A stretch of DNA of 64,000 nt. Origin: Tubiluchus corallicola. Taxonomy: Eukaryota; Animalia; Priapulida. Both the position numbers and the translations under genes were made by a program. Positions within the stretch are counted from its first letter, which is position 1. The number at the start of each line of letters is the position of its first letter. Shown piece by piece: positions 52,932 through 64,000 of this stretch. The notes beneath the pieces are model-generated. The model was not told where the DNA came from. It saw only the letters and a list, made by a program, of their open reading frames with translations, and ran no database searches. The DNA lies in assembly GCA_030141605.1 (NCBI GenBank), contig JAQGDQ010000151.1:429611-493610 (forward strand), given 5' to 3'.

Positions 52932-54905
52932 TCAACAGAATTTGTCCCTGTAAAACTTTCGAATTAAGTCACCAAAAGTCGATTGGTACTTGTGCGAATC
53001 ACAAACGCGCATATGAGTATCACGGCGCATGCCCCCTGCCCACATAAACAAATGTAAGAAATAATATGATCGTAAATCAACGTATTCTTTAAATAATTTT
53101 CCCTCGAAGTCATCAAATACATAACGCCTAATGTGACAAAGTTTCGGGTGACGTTTAGCTATTGAATATGGCACCCCACCGGAATTATATATCCAGTCGT
53201 CTGCCTTATAATCAGTCTTGTAACTTTCATACCACAGTCGTAGGAATGTAGCATTTGGCTCGGCCATAATCATGCCAGAGTTCAAAACATTCCCTTCAGT
53301 GTGCATTGTGCACGGGTAGTACTGCATCATTGACACATCCTGCAGTACCAATACATCAAAGTCCAAATAAATTCCTCCATATTTCAACAGCACTTCTATA
53401 CGAGCAATGTCGGCTTCGTGTTGTATGTGCTTAATAGGCTTTCCATTCATGTGATCTTTCATCTCATGCCGTTTTATCTCGATATTAGGAACTCTGTGAA
53501 ACAGTTCACGCCACCATAACCCCCGAGGCTCTCTGTTACAGTGCAAATAAATTTTTTCTGGTTTTAAAATTTCATTGGCGCTAATAGGGCCCAAAATCCT
53601 GACTAGTTCCAGTTCTTGAAAAATGTCGTCAGACTCCGTGAACCAAATATAATGAAGGATATTAGGCACCCTGGAAATTTCACTCCTTTCGTCTACTTCG
53701 TTTTCTATACTATTTGAAATTTCACTAGGCATTTTGACCCTTCGAACAAACATTTTGTTGTAACTTTCAAGTTTTTTGTTTTTCAACTGTATACCAGTCT
53801 TGTTGCTAAACCCTGAGATCGGTGACAAACCTGCATTATTAGTCGCTGTTATAAGTGTATGAGTGGTCTCTTCAGATGGAAACAATGTATCATAAATTCC
53901 AGGAATGTGGTACACTGATGGCACATTAGAGCATTCGCAATCTACAACAACAAAAACACGATGAATAATATAATTTTGCAAAATAAAGCCGATGTTGTCG
54001 TTCCTGTAATTTTATTGCTGGTAGGGTTAGTGTCATTTTCGCTACCGTTTTATTGCCTTTGTTGATACTAACTTTTTTCTTAATTGATGCTGCATGTCGT
54101 TCGCGTTGCAAAAATGATAACAAACTTGGCATTTGAACCCAAGACAGTGAGTTCCATAGCTTTCCGTATGAGTTGACTTACTGCATCTACCTGAACAGCT
54201 TGATCTTTACTCACTGCCGTGCAGTACCGGCATTCGACATGAAAAAACTTTTTTATAGACCCAAATATGGACTGGAAAAGCAGAGGAAGATACCACCTTG
54301 GACGTATATGCCCTCGTCGCAATAACAATTAAAAGAGCATTTTCAAATAGAATTGTTTCACACTGATGGATATACTGCATATCTTCCTTCTACGAGAGAA
54401 ACAGCCGGGTTAGTACGATAGAAGTACTCTTTCTTCCTGGCAGTTATCCACCTATTCATTAATCAGGATAAACGTTGCTTAACTTTGCATCCAGGCGCAT
54501 ACAGCAACTACGTAATTATTCTCTTCATCCTAACCACAATAAAATTTCATGTCCGCCAACATGTTGACTAAAAGGGGGATATTCCGTATACATGTATTTC
54601 AGTTAACAATATACACGTAAGGCTTAAGAAAACTTGAACGGTCGAACTTCTTCATTATGGCCCATTCCCTAATCATGTGATTTAAAAATGTATTCAGACA
54701 TAATTAACAAAAAGTGAAATTTCAATGTGATAAAGGAGGAAAGTGTTTTCAACTTACACAAGTCTTCTGTCCTCTTCATGGGAAGGACAAATTTTTTCTC
54801 GATTGTTCTGCCCAAGCTTATACGCATCCACACTGTAATTCCGACAACAGAGATAAGTAAAGAAGCTGCGACGGTTCTCTGGCAGGCTTTCCGCGTCGTT
54901 AACAT
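52932..54905 (-). CDS. Type II membrane glycosyltransferase, GT32 / DXD sugar-binding family (alpha-1,4-glycosyltransferase-like); complement join(54758-54905,52932-53941), 385 aa
   Basis: Exon 1 encodes basic tail plus TM helix (VAASLLISVVGITVW), donor T|gtaagt; acceptor ttgttgtag gives in-frame Tyr. Catalytic motifs VPNILHYIW, ADIARIEVLLKYGGIYLDFD (DXD), NSGMIMAEPNATFLRLW, W.YNS..VP. Acceptor at 54931 implies an upstream UTR exon. Confidence 0.9.
54180..54400 (-). mobile_element. Possible highly degraded LINE RT remnant in the glycosyltransferase intron
   Basis: Minus strand GGC ATA TAC GTC CAA GGT GGT ATC / CCT CTG CTT TTC resembles the GVxQGGILSPLLF RT motif with frameshift. Confidence 0.25.
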
Positions 54906-57779
54906 CGATCGTTAGTTTTCTCGACTACATCTACAGTAAAAGAGAAATTGATTAAAATTCCATCTGCACACTGAACTGCTCGCAATATTTTTACTCGAAA
55001 AATTTTGCAGCTATTCCTCCCCCCCCCCATACACATACACAGTCATATATACTCCAAAGTGATTCTTTGAAAAATGTGTCGGTCGTGTAAAACGTGGTTT
55101 TCTGAGTTGTGTTACATTTTTAAGACATCTGACGCAAGATATAGGTGCTTGACTTTAAGTGTTTGTAATACAATTGTGTTTTTATATTACCATTTTTACT
55201 TTACTTAGGAAACTACATTTTTTTGTAAAACTTGCTAGTGTTTTAATACCTAGACATTTATTTTAATTTTTAATGCACACGGCGTGTTAGTTTCGTTTGT
55301 ACGCAAGTGGAAGGGGGTAATATAAGACTTGCCTTTTCCCATTTTTCTTTTTATTGCAAACTAGGTCAATAATTATTTAGTTGGTTACGTTGTCTGCAAC
55401 TATATGTTGTTGTTTTTAAATGAGTAAATGTTATTTAATATAATTAAATAAATTATATTACAAGAAAAACGTATTACCAAAACAAATGTGATATTGTGCT
55501 GTATCAGAACGATAGGAGAGCCACCTACTGCATTCTGAGGGGTAGTTCAGGTATCTGCAAGAACTACATACAGATCTATAACTAGAAATACGACAAATGA
55601 AATTGTTAAAGAGAAATTCATTTAGGACAATGTTTCGTTTGTTTCTTTAACGAATACGTTCAAAAAAGTAAAAAGTTCAGTTGTGTAAAAATTCAAAATA
55701 AATCTATTTGTTAACGAAATAAATAGATTTTTTCAAAATAAATCTATTTGTTAAAAATCTGTCTGCATTTTTTTACACAGAAACTTACTATATAGTCTTG
55801 CCACTCCTTAGAAACAAGACATTTAAAAACAGTTCTATTGATGCACGCTTGTCTTAATTCAATACTTATCTTATTCCATAGTCTAATTGTTGTTTGAAAA
55901 AAGATGTTATGTAATTGAACTGTAGGTTTCTAAGGGTACGGATCAGACAGCGAGTAACGTCTAATGAAACGATGCTTTGCTAAAATATCACGTGAGCATT
56001 GACGAGCATTATGGAAACAATTTTTTGATTGTTGGAAGGCCTAGTAACAGATTAAGATTGCAATGACTCGTAACCTTCATAGCTTCTGCAATATATTGCT
56101 TTATTTTATACTGAACCCTTACAATCTTTATCTTATAAAAAATTTTAGTTGAACAATTAGGCAACTACTCCCACATCATACCTGTCCTAGATCTCCTTTA
56201 CAAGAAAATAAGTGATTGGTCATACGCTCCACTGAACAGGCTATCTAGCCAAAAAAACCGCCGTGTTAAAGGACAAGGTCATCCAGTTTTGCCTGTTCTA
56301 GAAATTGAAACCAGGTTCAACACAGTGTGTCGAACTTGCTAAGCCAGTGAAGTCGTGCAATATGGCTTCCGACGAACATTATTAACAATCGAAGTCAAGA
56401 CTTAATTATTGTGGCGATAGAAAGTGATTAAAGGGTACTGACACACAAAAGGGGTAGGTGTTCGAGCCGTGAGGCGAAAACACCAATAAACTGGCTATTA
56501 TTCGTTATTTGACGTACTGCTGTAAACGGAAATTCAGGAGATCTGATGCAGATACAACCAGGCGATGACCAGACGTTGTATCAATGGTAGTTTCACGAGC
56601 TCCACGGGTTAAGACTCCACTGCATTCTACTAGGATTGGAGAACTAACCACTTACAACCTCGGTACACCTGACAAGCATTGTAGAAGTGGCTACGTAAGA
56701 TTCCACCCCCTGCTGAGCTTTGGAAGAGTAACTGTTCATGATTTCACGAAGTTCGCATAACCGATTAGTCATATTATTCCAGCTTCCAGAGTGATGGAGA
56801 ACGTCAAATGTGGGAATCTGACAGCTTCCGACTGCAGTCACTACAACTGATAAGTATACTTACCTTACATCCTTCTCCCTCACCTGGGTTGGACTCACTA
56901 GTCTTCTGTTTATCTTAGGTTATCTAGAAACGTCGTTTGTAATTATAACAACTTTGTTGTTATTTTGAATTAAAGTGAATTGTTTTTAGTTCTTATTATC
57001 CCATTAAATCAAGAATTTAATCGGCAATATTAAAAATTGTTTTGTTTGCTTCTGTTCCGAATACATGTCTGTCAACTATGCTTAAATGGAAAAGTTCACT
57101 TAACCCACGTGTCAGCACGTATCAGAAATTAGTAGAAAAAGTGTTTGTGGTGTCATAACGAAAGTGCCCCATATCACAGGTGGTACCCCACATATCACAC
57201 ATACATATTAAACAATCCACAGCAATTTCTATAAATATTTACTAATGGCTTCAGAATATTCCATATTAAAATGTTAGTGCGGTAGAATAGTGTAATTTAC
57301 ATGTGCACTTGAGCGTACCACAAGTCTATATATAAGTAAAATTACTGTAATATTTCTCGTTACATCTCTTGTGTTGTTTGTATTTACTGTGGATTCGTTC
57401 CACCATTAATTAGTAATTATTAAATCAAAATCAAATGTCACACTACGTGTAGAAAAAATATTGGGGTAACTAAACTCGACAGTGGAATATATTACTGACT
57501 TACCTTGCTATAATGATTTGACAAAACATACACCACTTAAACGCAAACTAATATAAAATTCATATCACAGCCTTTTTTGAATTGCACTATGTTCTATGAA
57601 TGGCAGGCCATTTCATGATCACAGCTGTTAGTCCCAGCAGCCCTCACAATTCTCAGTATCGTGGACTTTGTCCTATGACCTCGTATAGTAGAGTAAAACT
57701 GCGTGATCAAATACTCAGACCTGCCGCACAAGTGACATCAACCACTCACTAGCCAGTGCACAGTGAATGAGTTGTGAAT

Positions 57780-58352
57780 CTGTTGCAAACTCTCAGAGCT
57801 GCTGCACCTGTGACGTCATGCTATCAATCTACTTAGTGCAGAGCAAGGCTCTGTATTTGTTGCAAATTGTCAGAGCTGCTGCACCTGTGACGTCATGCTA
57901 TCCAGCTACTCAGCGCAGAGCAAGGCTCCGTATTTGTTGCAAACTCTCAGAGAGCTGCTGCACCTGTGACGTCATGGTGTCCAGCTACTCAGCGCAGAAC
58001 AAGACTCCATCTTTATTGCAAACTTTCAGAGCTGCTGCACGTATGACGTCATGCTATCCAGTTACTCAGCGCAGAACAAGACTCTGTATTTGTTGCAAAC
58101 CCTCAGAGCTGCTGCACCTGTGACGTCATGCTATCCAGCTACTAAGTGCAGAACAATGCTCCGTATTTGTTGGAAACTGTCAGAGCTGCTGCGCTTGTGA
58201 CGTCATGTTATCCAGCTACTCAATGCAGAGCAAGGCTCTATAATTTGTTGCAAACCCTCAGAGCTGCTGCACCTGTGACGTCATGCTATCCAGCTACGTA
58301 TCAGAGCTGTGCAGCATCAGTGCAGAACAAGGCTCTGTATTTGTTGCAAACT
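57780..58352. repeat. 77-bp tandem repeat, about 7.5 copies, each with TGACGTCATG
   Basis: TGACGTCA at 57811, 57888, 57967, 58044, 58121, 58198, 58276. Confidence 0.95.
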
Positions 58353-59555
58353 CAAATATTGTTAATATAAAGCTTAAACAATGGCGACTCTAAGAATGTG
58401 CCCCGCATGGTGCGCCGTTATCTTTCGTAGATCTGCTTCATCAGGAAACTCATAAATTTGTTTAGTAAGTCCTGCATTTGTATAAAACAACGCCGTATTG
58501 ATTTATGGCTTCCTGTTAGACATGTCTAAACCAATGATTTATAAATACACAAGAAACCCAGCTTGTTAAGAAGAATTTCCGTGTGGGAGTGAACAGTGAT
58601 TTATATAATACACAGTCGTTTGAAAATACACAGCTGCCCTCCAGTTCTATAAAGTGACTTCATTCGAAGAAATTGCTTCGAAAAGAGAAAACTCAAAAGA
58701 AAGTAGTTTTTTGTCCAACATTCAAGTTAACTACCAACAGCTCTAATACATTGGTTTGTGTAAATACAGAGACTTTCACAATGAATTTCGGCAGAAACAA
58801 TTTATTTGAAGTTCTTTGTGCGGAAGGTGAAGTCACGCTCGAATCTGCAAAGCGAGTTGCATCAAGTAATGACTTCGTTTCTTCTGATTTTGACGAACTT
58901 CGCTTGGCTAAAAACGGAGTCATATCATCACCTCTATCAAAATCACATGCAAACCAAAACCACTCCCACCTGTATAGTTGTTGAGGCTAATCGCTAAATG
59001 TTGTAACATTCTATATTATAACATTCGTCTTTCCAAACTGGTTTCACCTGTTTTGCTTTATGCTTGTACACGGAATAGCTATTTGTAAGTCTATGCAGCT
59101 CATGTTTGCAATTGAATTCTCAAGTTCCTTGTTGTTTATAACAGAGTTTTCTTGCGGTGCGCCACAAAGTAGTTATTCTATTATCACAATTGACTAGAAA
59201 ATTTTTTTTATGCTTTTTAGTTTTTATTCTTTATACCATATTTAGCTTGCGACGTGAAAATAATTGTAAAGAAACTTTTATTCGACGTATTAGAAGCCAC
59301 TGCACAGCAATAACCAGCTGAGAACACCATTTTCATAATTACTTGCTCTTATTTAAAAACCTATACATTAGCGAGTGTTTTGATAGTTTCCCTTTCATTA
59401 TTTCACATTTTCGTCCATAATTCCATATTACAAATATGTATAAAACTCCTGAAAAAGTGTTGCGGTATTACAATAGTTTGTGACAAATAACTTACCTGAT
59501 TGTTACAGACAAGTAGTGAAGGTATCTCATGTTACCTGTATTTCTTTAATCAGGC

Positions 59556-59893
59556 CTACATGATTACGTTGCCCAATGATAAAATATGCCTGTAAAAGTA
59601 TGCAGAAAGCTGTTTGCTAGCAAAACGAATATTGTGGCTTCCTAGGTAGATCCCCAATAGCAGAAAAAGAGCTTTATAATCAAGAACGACAAGAATGAGC
59701 AGAGGGACAAGAGACTGATGAGGTCTACATGATTACGTTGCCCAATGATAAAATATGCGTGTAAAAGTATGCAGAAAGCTGTTTGCTGGCAAAACGAGTA
59801 TTGTGGCTTGCTAGGTAGATCCCCAATAGCAGAAAAAGAGCTTTATAATCAAGAACGACAAGAATGAGCAGAGGGACAAGAGACTGTTGAGGT
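59556..59893. repeat. 169-bp tandem duplication (2 near-identical copies)
   Basis: CTACATGATTACGTTGCCCAATG starts at 59556 and again at 59725. Confidence 0.95.
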
Positions 59894-60870
59894 GACTAGT
59901 GCATGATTTGCAGAGCAATGTACGCTTGCGCCATCTTAGTACACAATAAACTGTAAAAGATTACTTTTGAAATCTTATAAATTAATCGTTTTGAAGATGA
60001 AGATCAGATTTAATTCGAAAATTTAACTGGATAACTGATTTACCTGCGAGGACGAAAGGGTACTAAATCACAGAAAGTTATTAAAATTATTGAGGGCAGC
60101 TATTTTTGTTACGTTATGCATTTGAGGTGTTGCGGCATCGACTAAAATTCTATTACTGCATCATACGTACTGCATCATTGCTTTTACCATATTATTGTAC
60201 AACATTAATTTGTAACTCCATGTTTGGAGGTGTCTAAAATTATTCTTACGCTTTACTGGTGCTTAAAATATCAAGCGATTACTCAAAATTTGTTAAAAAG
60301 GTCTCCACTGTGACCGAGTGAGCTTTTAACTAACTGCTGTTGACAATAGTGAATTAGTAATATTACACAAGTAAACAATTACTTGTGACAATGTAATGTT
60401 ATGTTTTAATAAGACTTTTATGGCTTAGGCAATAATTTTTGGTTAGGCAATTATTTTCCAACAAATATATTTTGCAGTAACGAAGACATCAAATTTATTT
60501 CAATTAAAAGGCTGCTAAAGTGCAGTGATACGTCTTCATTCCCACGTTGAACAGAACTACTTACAAAATGTGTCAAGCAATTGCAACAATCATCAAGGCC
60601 AAGTTAAAAAACAATAACATCACAAATATAAAAGGTAATGTACAAATTTACAAACGACGAGTTAATTCACAATTAGACACAAAACCGTTAATTAGACACA
60701 AAACCGTGCATCTTCTCCTTGCTTCTTTTAAGCGTAACTAAAATTTAGTTCAACCGAAATTTACATTCTGGAGATGTACGCAAAAATTCTAAACATTAAA
60801 ATCTTTGGATTTTTCTAACTGCTCTCTCTTCTATGACTTCCATTCTTTCTGTGGTTCTCATTGAAGTCGT

Positions 60871-62726
60871 TTAACGAGCAGCGGCTCCAACGTAAACATC
60901 ATCCACATCAGCAAATCCCCAAATGGGCTCTTCAATGTCATAGTTGTACAAGGTGAGGGGTTGTTCATAACGATGTCCAGTTCTAAAGCAAAATGCATTA
61001 AACAGATAAAAATGGTTTACTATGACACTGGTTATGTATTTAGAGAGCTCCACAAAAATTAAGGCCAAAAAGTGATTTCCGCAAATACGAACACACGAAA
61101 TGCTTTTTGCCCTAATCTCTAAAATATTGGTTAATAAAACAGCTATTCGAAACCTTAATCATTTAGGTTTTTTTTTGAAAGTTGCAAAGCAGTTGCATTG
61201 CATTTCAACTTGTACCTTGTTTGGTGATTAACACAATAAAAAATTTACAGCAAAGCAATAACAACATTAAAAGCGTAAAGTAAAAATCGTTGTAACTAGT
61301 TATTATCAAACTGCCCGCAATTGCCGAATTGATGTTGAGCGGCTAATGGAATACTGTCAGCGAGATTTTTTAAATCCTAGAAATTAATTTTGCTTTTAAG
61401 CATCAATCGTGAAGTTAAGCAAAAGGTCTTCCATAATTATTGAATAGTTAAAAGAGTCAAATTGTTAAAAAATTTAACTTCTAGCTACGTTAATGTTTAC
61501 AAAATTCTCTGATCTTGGCCACCATCATTATCCTGATCACCGTCATTGTTATCGTTATCGCCATCATTACTGAATCACCGCCGTGACTAACTCTTATTGA
61601 CAAGAACACTTACAAGTAACTGAAGAATCTCACAATTAAGAAACGAGGAAATACGCGATGTTTCAAGCGACCGTACATTATATTTAAGTGAAGGAAAGGA
61701 AAAAAGATCAAATAAAATAACTTTAGAGAAGTTTTTTATAGAATGGTTTTATAGAATGGCAAATAAGACAAGGGTAATAAACAGCAGTATTATACAGAAA
61801 GTAATAAACAAAAGAAATAAACAGAAGTAATAAACAGAAATCACTGGTCACAATCATAGAACATAGAGTAAGACATACCATAAACTTATGGTTATTTTAC
61901 ATGATTTTTTTCATTTTTTCGCCTGAAGATAAACTAAAGTTGTAGTTTGAAACAGCTTTTTTCTCGTTTCTTTACTGTGGGAATTTAATTAGCCTTCAAA
62001 AAACATCCTGCTTCATTGATAACGTACACTTGATTATTATTAGCCTTTAAATGTAAATAACAATAATGGCGATCGTGTAGTGTGATGACGGCGATGATGA
62101 CGACGACTCGACGACGACAGCAATAACGACGATGACGATGATAATGACGATGATAACGATGATGACGATGGTGACGACGACGACGACGACGACGAAGATG
62201 ATGATGATGGTGATGATAATGACAATGATAAAATAGATGAGGACTATGATAATGACGATGATGTTGATTACAAAAACGACGATAATGAGTATGACGATCG
62301 TGATGATGACAATGGTGATAATGAGGGCAACAATGATCACGATGATGACGGTGACACATCATTATTTTAGTCTTAGACTTGTTCATCGTTATTGTACCTG
62401 TATCTGTATTCGTATCCTCTGGTTTTTGATGCAGTTTCGGCTGCTTCTGCATTATCTCTGCTGTAGAGACTACCGGCAGCTTCACCTCGTCTGGCATATG
62501 ACAGACTGCTAGACCTCTCTCCGGATCCCCTCAATCCACCGCTGCTGATGGGACCGTACCGAGTAGTAGTGAAATAGCCGGGCCTCTCTGACACTTCTAC
62601 GACTTCAACGGCAACAGGTGCGGCTACAGCCGGGACATCTTGTACCCTTCTTCCGTAACTCGCTCCATAATCTTGAGCAAAAATTCCTGCCACTAGGGCA
62701 AAAAACAGCGCCGCGGCAAGCTTCAT
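60871..62726 (-). CDS. Secreted Tyr/Gly-rich protein B, paralog of protein A; complement join(62398-62726,60871-60982), 146 aa
   Basis: Signal peptide MKLAAALFFALVAGIFA; acceptor 8 nt upstream of ATG (exon edge 62734); phase-2 intron AG|gtacaa...gctttag|A; exon 2 reads TGHRYEQPLTLYNYDIEEPIWGFADVDDVYVGAAAR*. Confidence 0.92.
62060..62355. repeat. (GAT/GAC)n degenerate trinucleotide repeat in the intron of protein B
   Basis: Direct inspection; source of His/Ser/Ile-rich ORFs. Confidence 0.9.
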
Positions 62727-64000
62727 GTTGTAATCTAAAAGAAACTTGTGACTTTAATTTCACGATTTTGATTTAAATAATGCAAAAGGCTTCGCTAAAA
62801 TAATAGCTTCAGTAGCAACTCAACCGAAAAAGTGAAACATCGTTTTAAACAGATTAAAATAAATGTGTAACTTGGGCACGTTTAATATTAGACAGGAGGA
62901 AACTAAACGTTGGATTTATTTAATTGACCAATTACTTTTTCAATGCATTACATAAAATTTTAAGGTTTTATTCAGCTCACAACATTACACGTAGCATTAA
63001 AATTCAATGCGCTGAGGGCATCGTGAACTGGCCCAGAAAACTAAAAAAGTAGGCCACCAAATAACTCTTAAATTAATTGGCGTCTTATTAGTAGATGTGC
63101 GTGAGGTTTTAACGGCGAGGAATTTTTCTGTACAGGTTTATGGTCTCAGTTAATAGATGGAAGGGGAGTCGTGTGCGTGTTGCACATTGATAGACCGAGA
63201 AAAGAAAAATATGGAGTAAATACTAAAAAGGATCTAAAGTCTTCGGCATTAATTTTGAATAACAACAAATTCTCTCGTATTCTTTTATATTCGCCAACTA
63301 AAAACGAACGAATACTTAAAAAAGTAAAACATTACAGAAGGTTCTTAATAGCAAATAAAAAGAGAAACGCTTTGATAACCTTTATAGGGTTTATTGTAAC
63401 ACAACAAAAGTACGCTTCGACAATCTATAAATACGTCAATACTGTTACTGAGAAACAATCGACAAAACATCACCACAAAAGCATTCGTTAATGTTTTGTT
63501 GTTTGTTTCTCAGCACGGAGAAATACTTCTATTAATATAATATAAGGTCACGTCTGCCTAATTAATTTTAGAACATCTTTAAAATTGAAATTATTAATGT
63601 GCATTCAACTTAAGAAACGAAACGTCTTGGCTAATATTTTAAATCATAATATGCCATATAAAGGTTATTCAATCTTAATGCTTTTCTCATTTCTTTGTTG
63701 TTAAATATTAACTGTAATGTTAATGGCTGCAGAATTTGTTAGGACACTAGCTGAAAGTGGTTTTAATCTTAAGAAACTTTTCCAAAGATGAAAGCGCAAA
63801 AAAAAACTCCATCCAGGAAACTTCTTTGACGTATCATTTAATGTTTGTTACCATAATTTAATTACAGTAACAGTAATCGCTTCTTAGTGAACTAGCTTTT
63901 TAACTGTCACACTTGCACAATCATTTTTGAATGATTCTTTAGATCTCACAAAATGCTAATTATATTCACATGATAAGCATAACAGGTCACATAATAGTAT

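Noticed and set aside
54600-54668. Possible extra glycosyltransferase exon after AG at 54669
   Set aside because: All three frames hit stops within about 25 codons; direct splice to 53941 is in frame.
56570-56625. tRNA-like A/B box pair
   Set aside because: No cloverleaf can be folded; at most a decayed SINE head.
57780-58352. Regularly spaced palindromic motif resembling a CRISPR array
   Set aside because: Sequence between the motifs is also repeated (no unique spacers), no cas genes, eukaryotic context.
58673-58997. Overlapping ORFs on both strands
   Set aside because: No recognisable domain or splice structure; NNLFEVL faintly recalls LINE ORF1 but support is insufficient.
61985-62497. 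His/Arg-rich 170-aa ORF
   Set aside because: Off-frame read of protein B exon running into an intronic (GAT/GAC)n repeat.

Overview
AT-rich, microsatellite-rich animal (invertebrate, probably lophotrochozoan-type) genomic DNA with spliceosomal GT-AG introns; not prokaryotic. Four spliced protein-coding genes can be reconstructed by hand: (1) a 7-coding-exon nicotinic acetylcholine receptor alpha subunit (alpha7/alpha9-10-like, + strand, 23750-33488, 487 aa); (2) and (3) two convergently oriented paralogous small secreted, Cys-free, Tyr/Gly-rich proteins (+ 43112-44292, 180 aa; - 60871-62726, 146 aa) that share an ungapped 92-aa domain (76/92 identical) and the same phase-2 intron, which I cannot assign to any family I know; and (4) between them a type II membrane GT32/DXD glycosyltransferase (- 52932-54905, 385 aa). 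The rest is degenerate LINEs, non-autonomous DNA transposons, Penelope-like hammerhead remnants, a 77-bp tandem array carrying seven perfect CRE palindromes, and many micro/minisatellites. The best candidate for an undescribed system is the secreted-paralog pair, possibly together with the enclosed glycosyltransferase.
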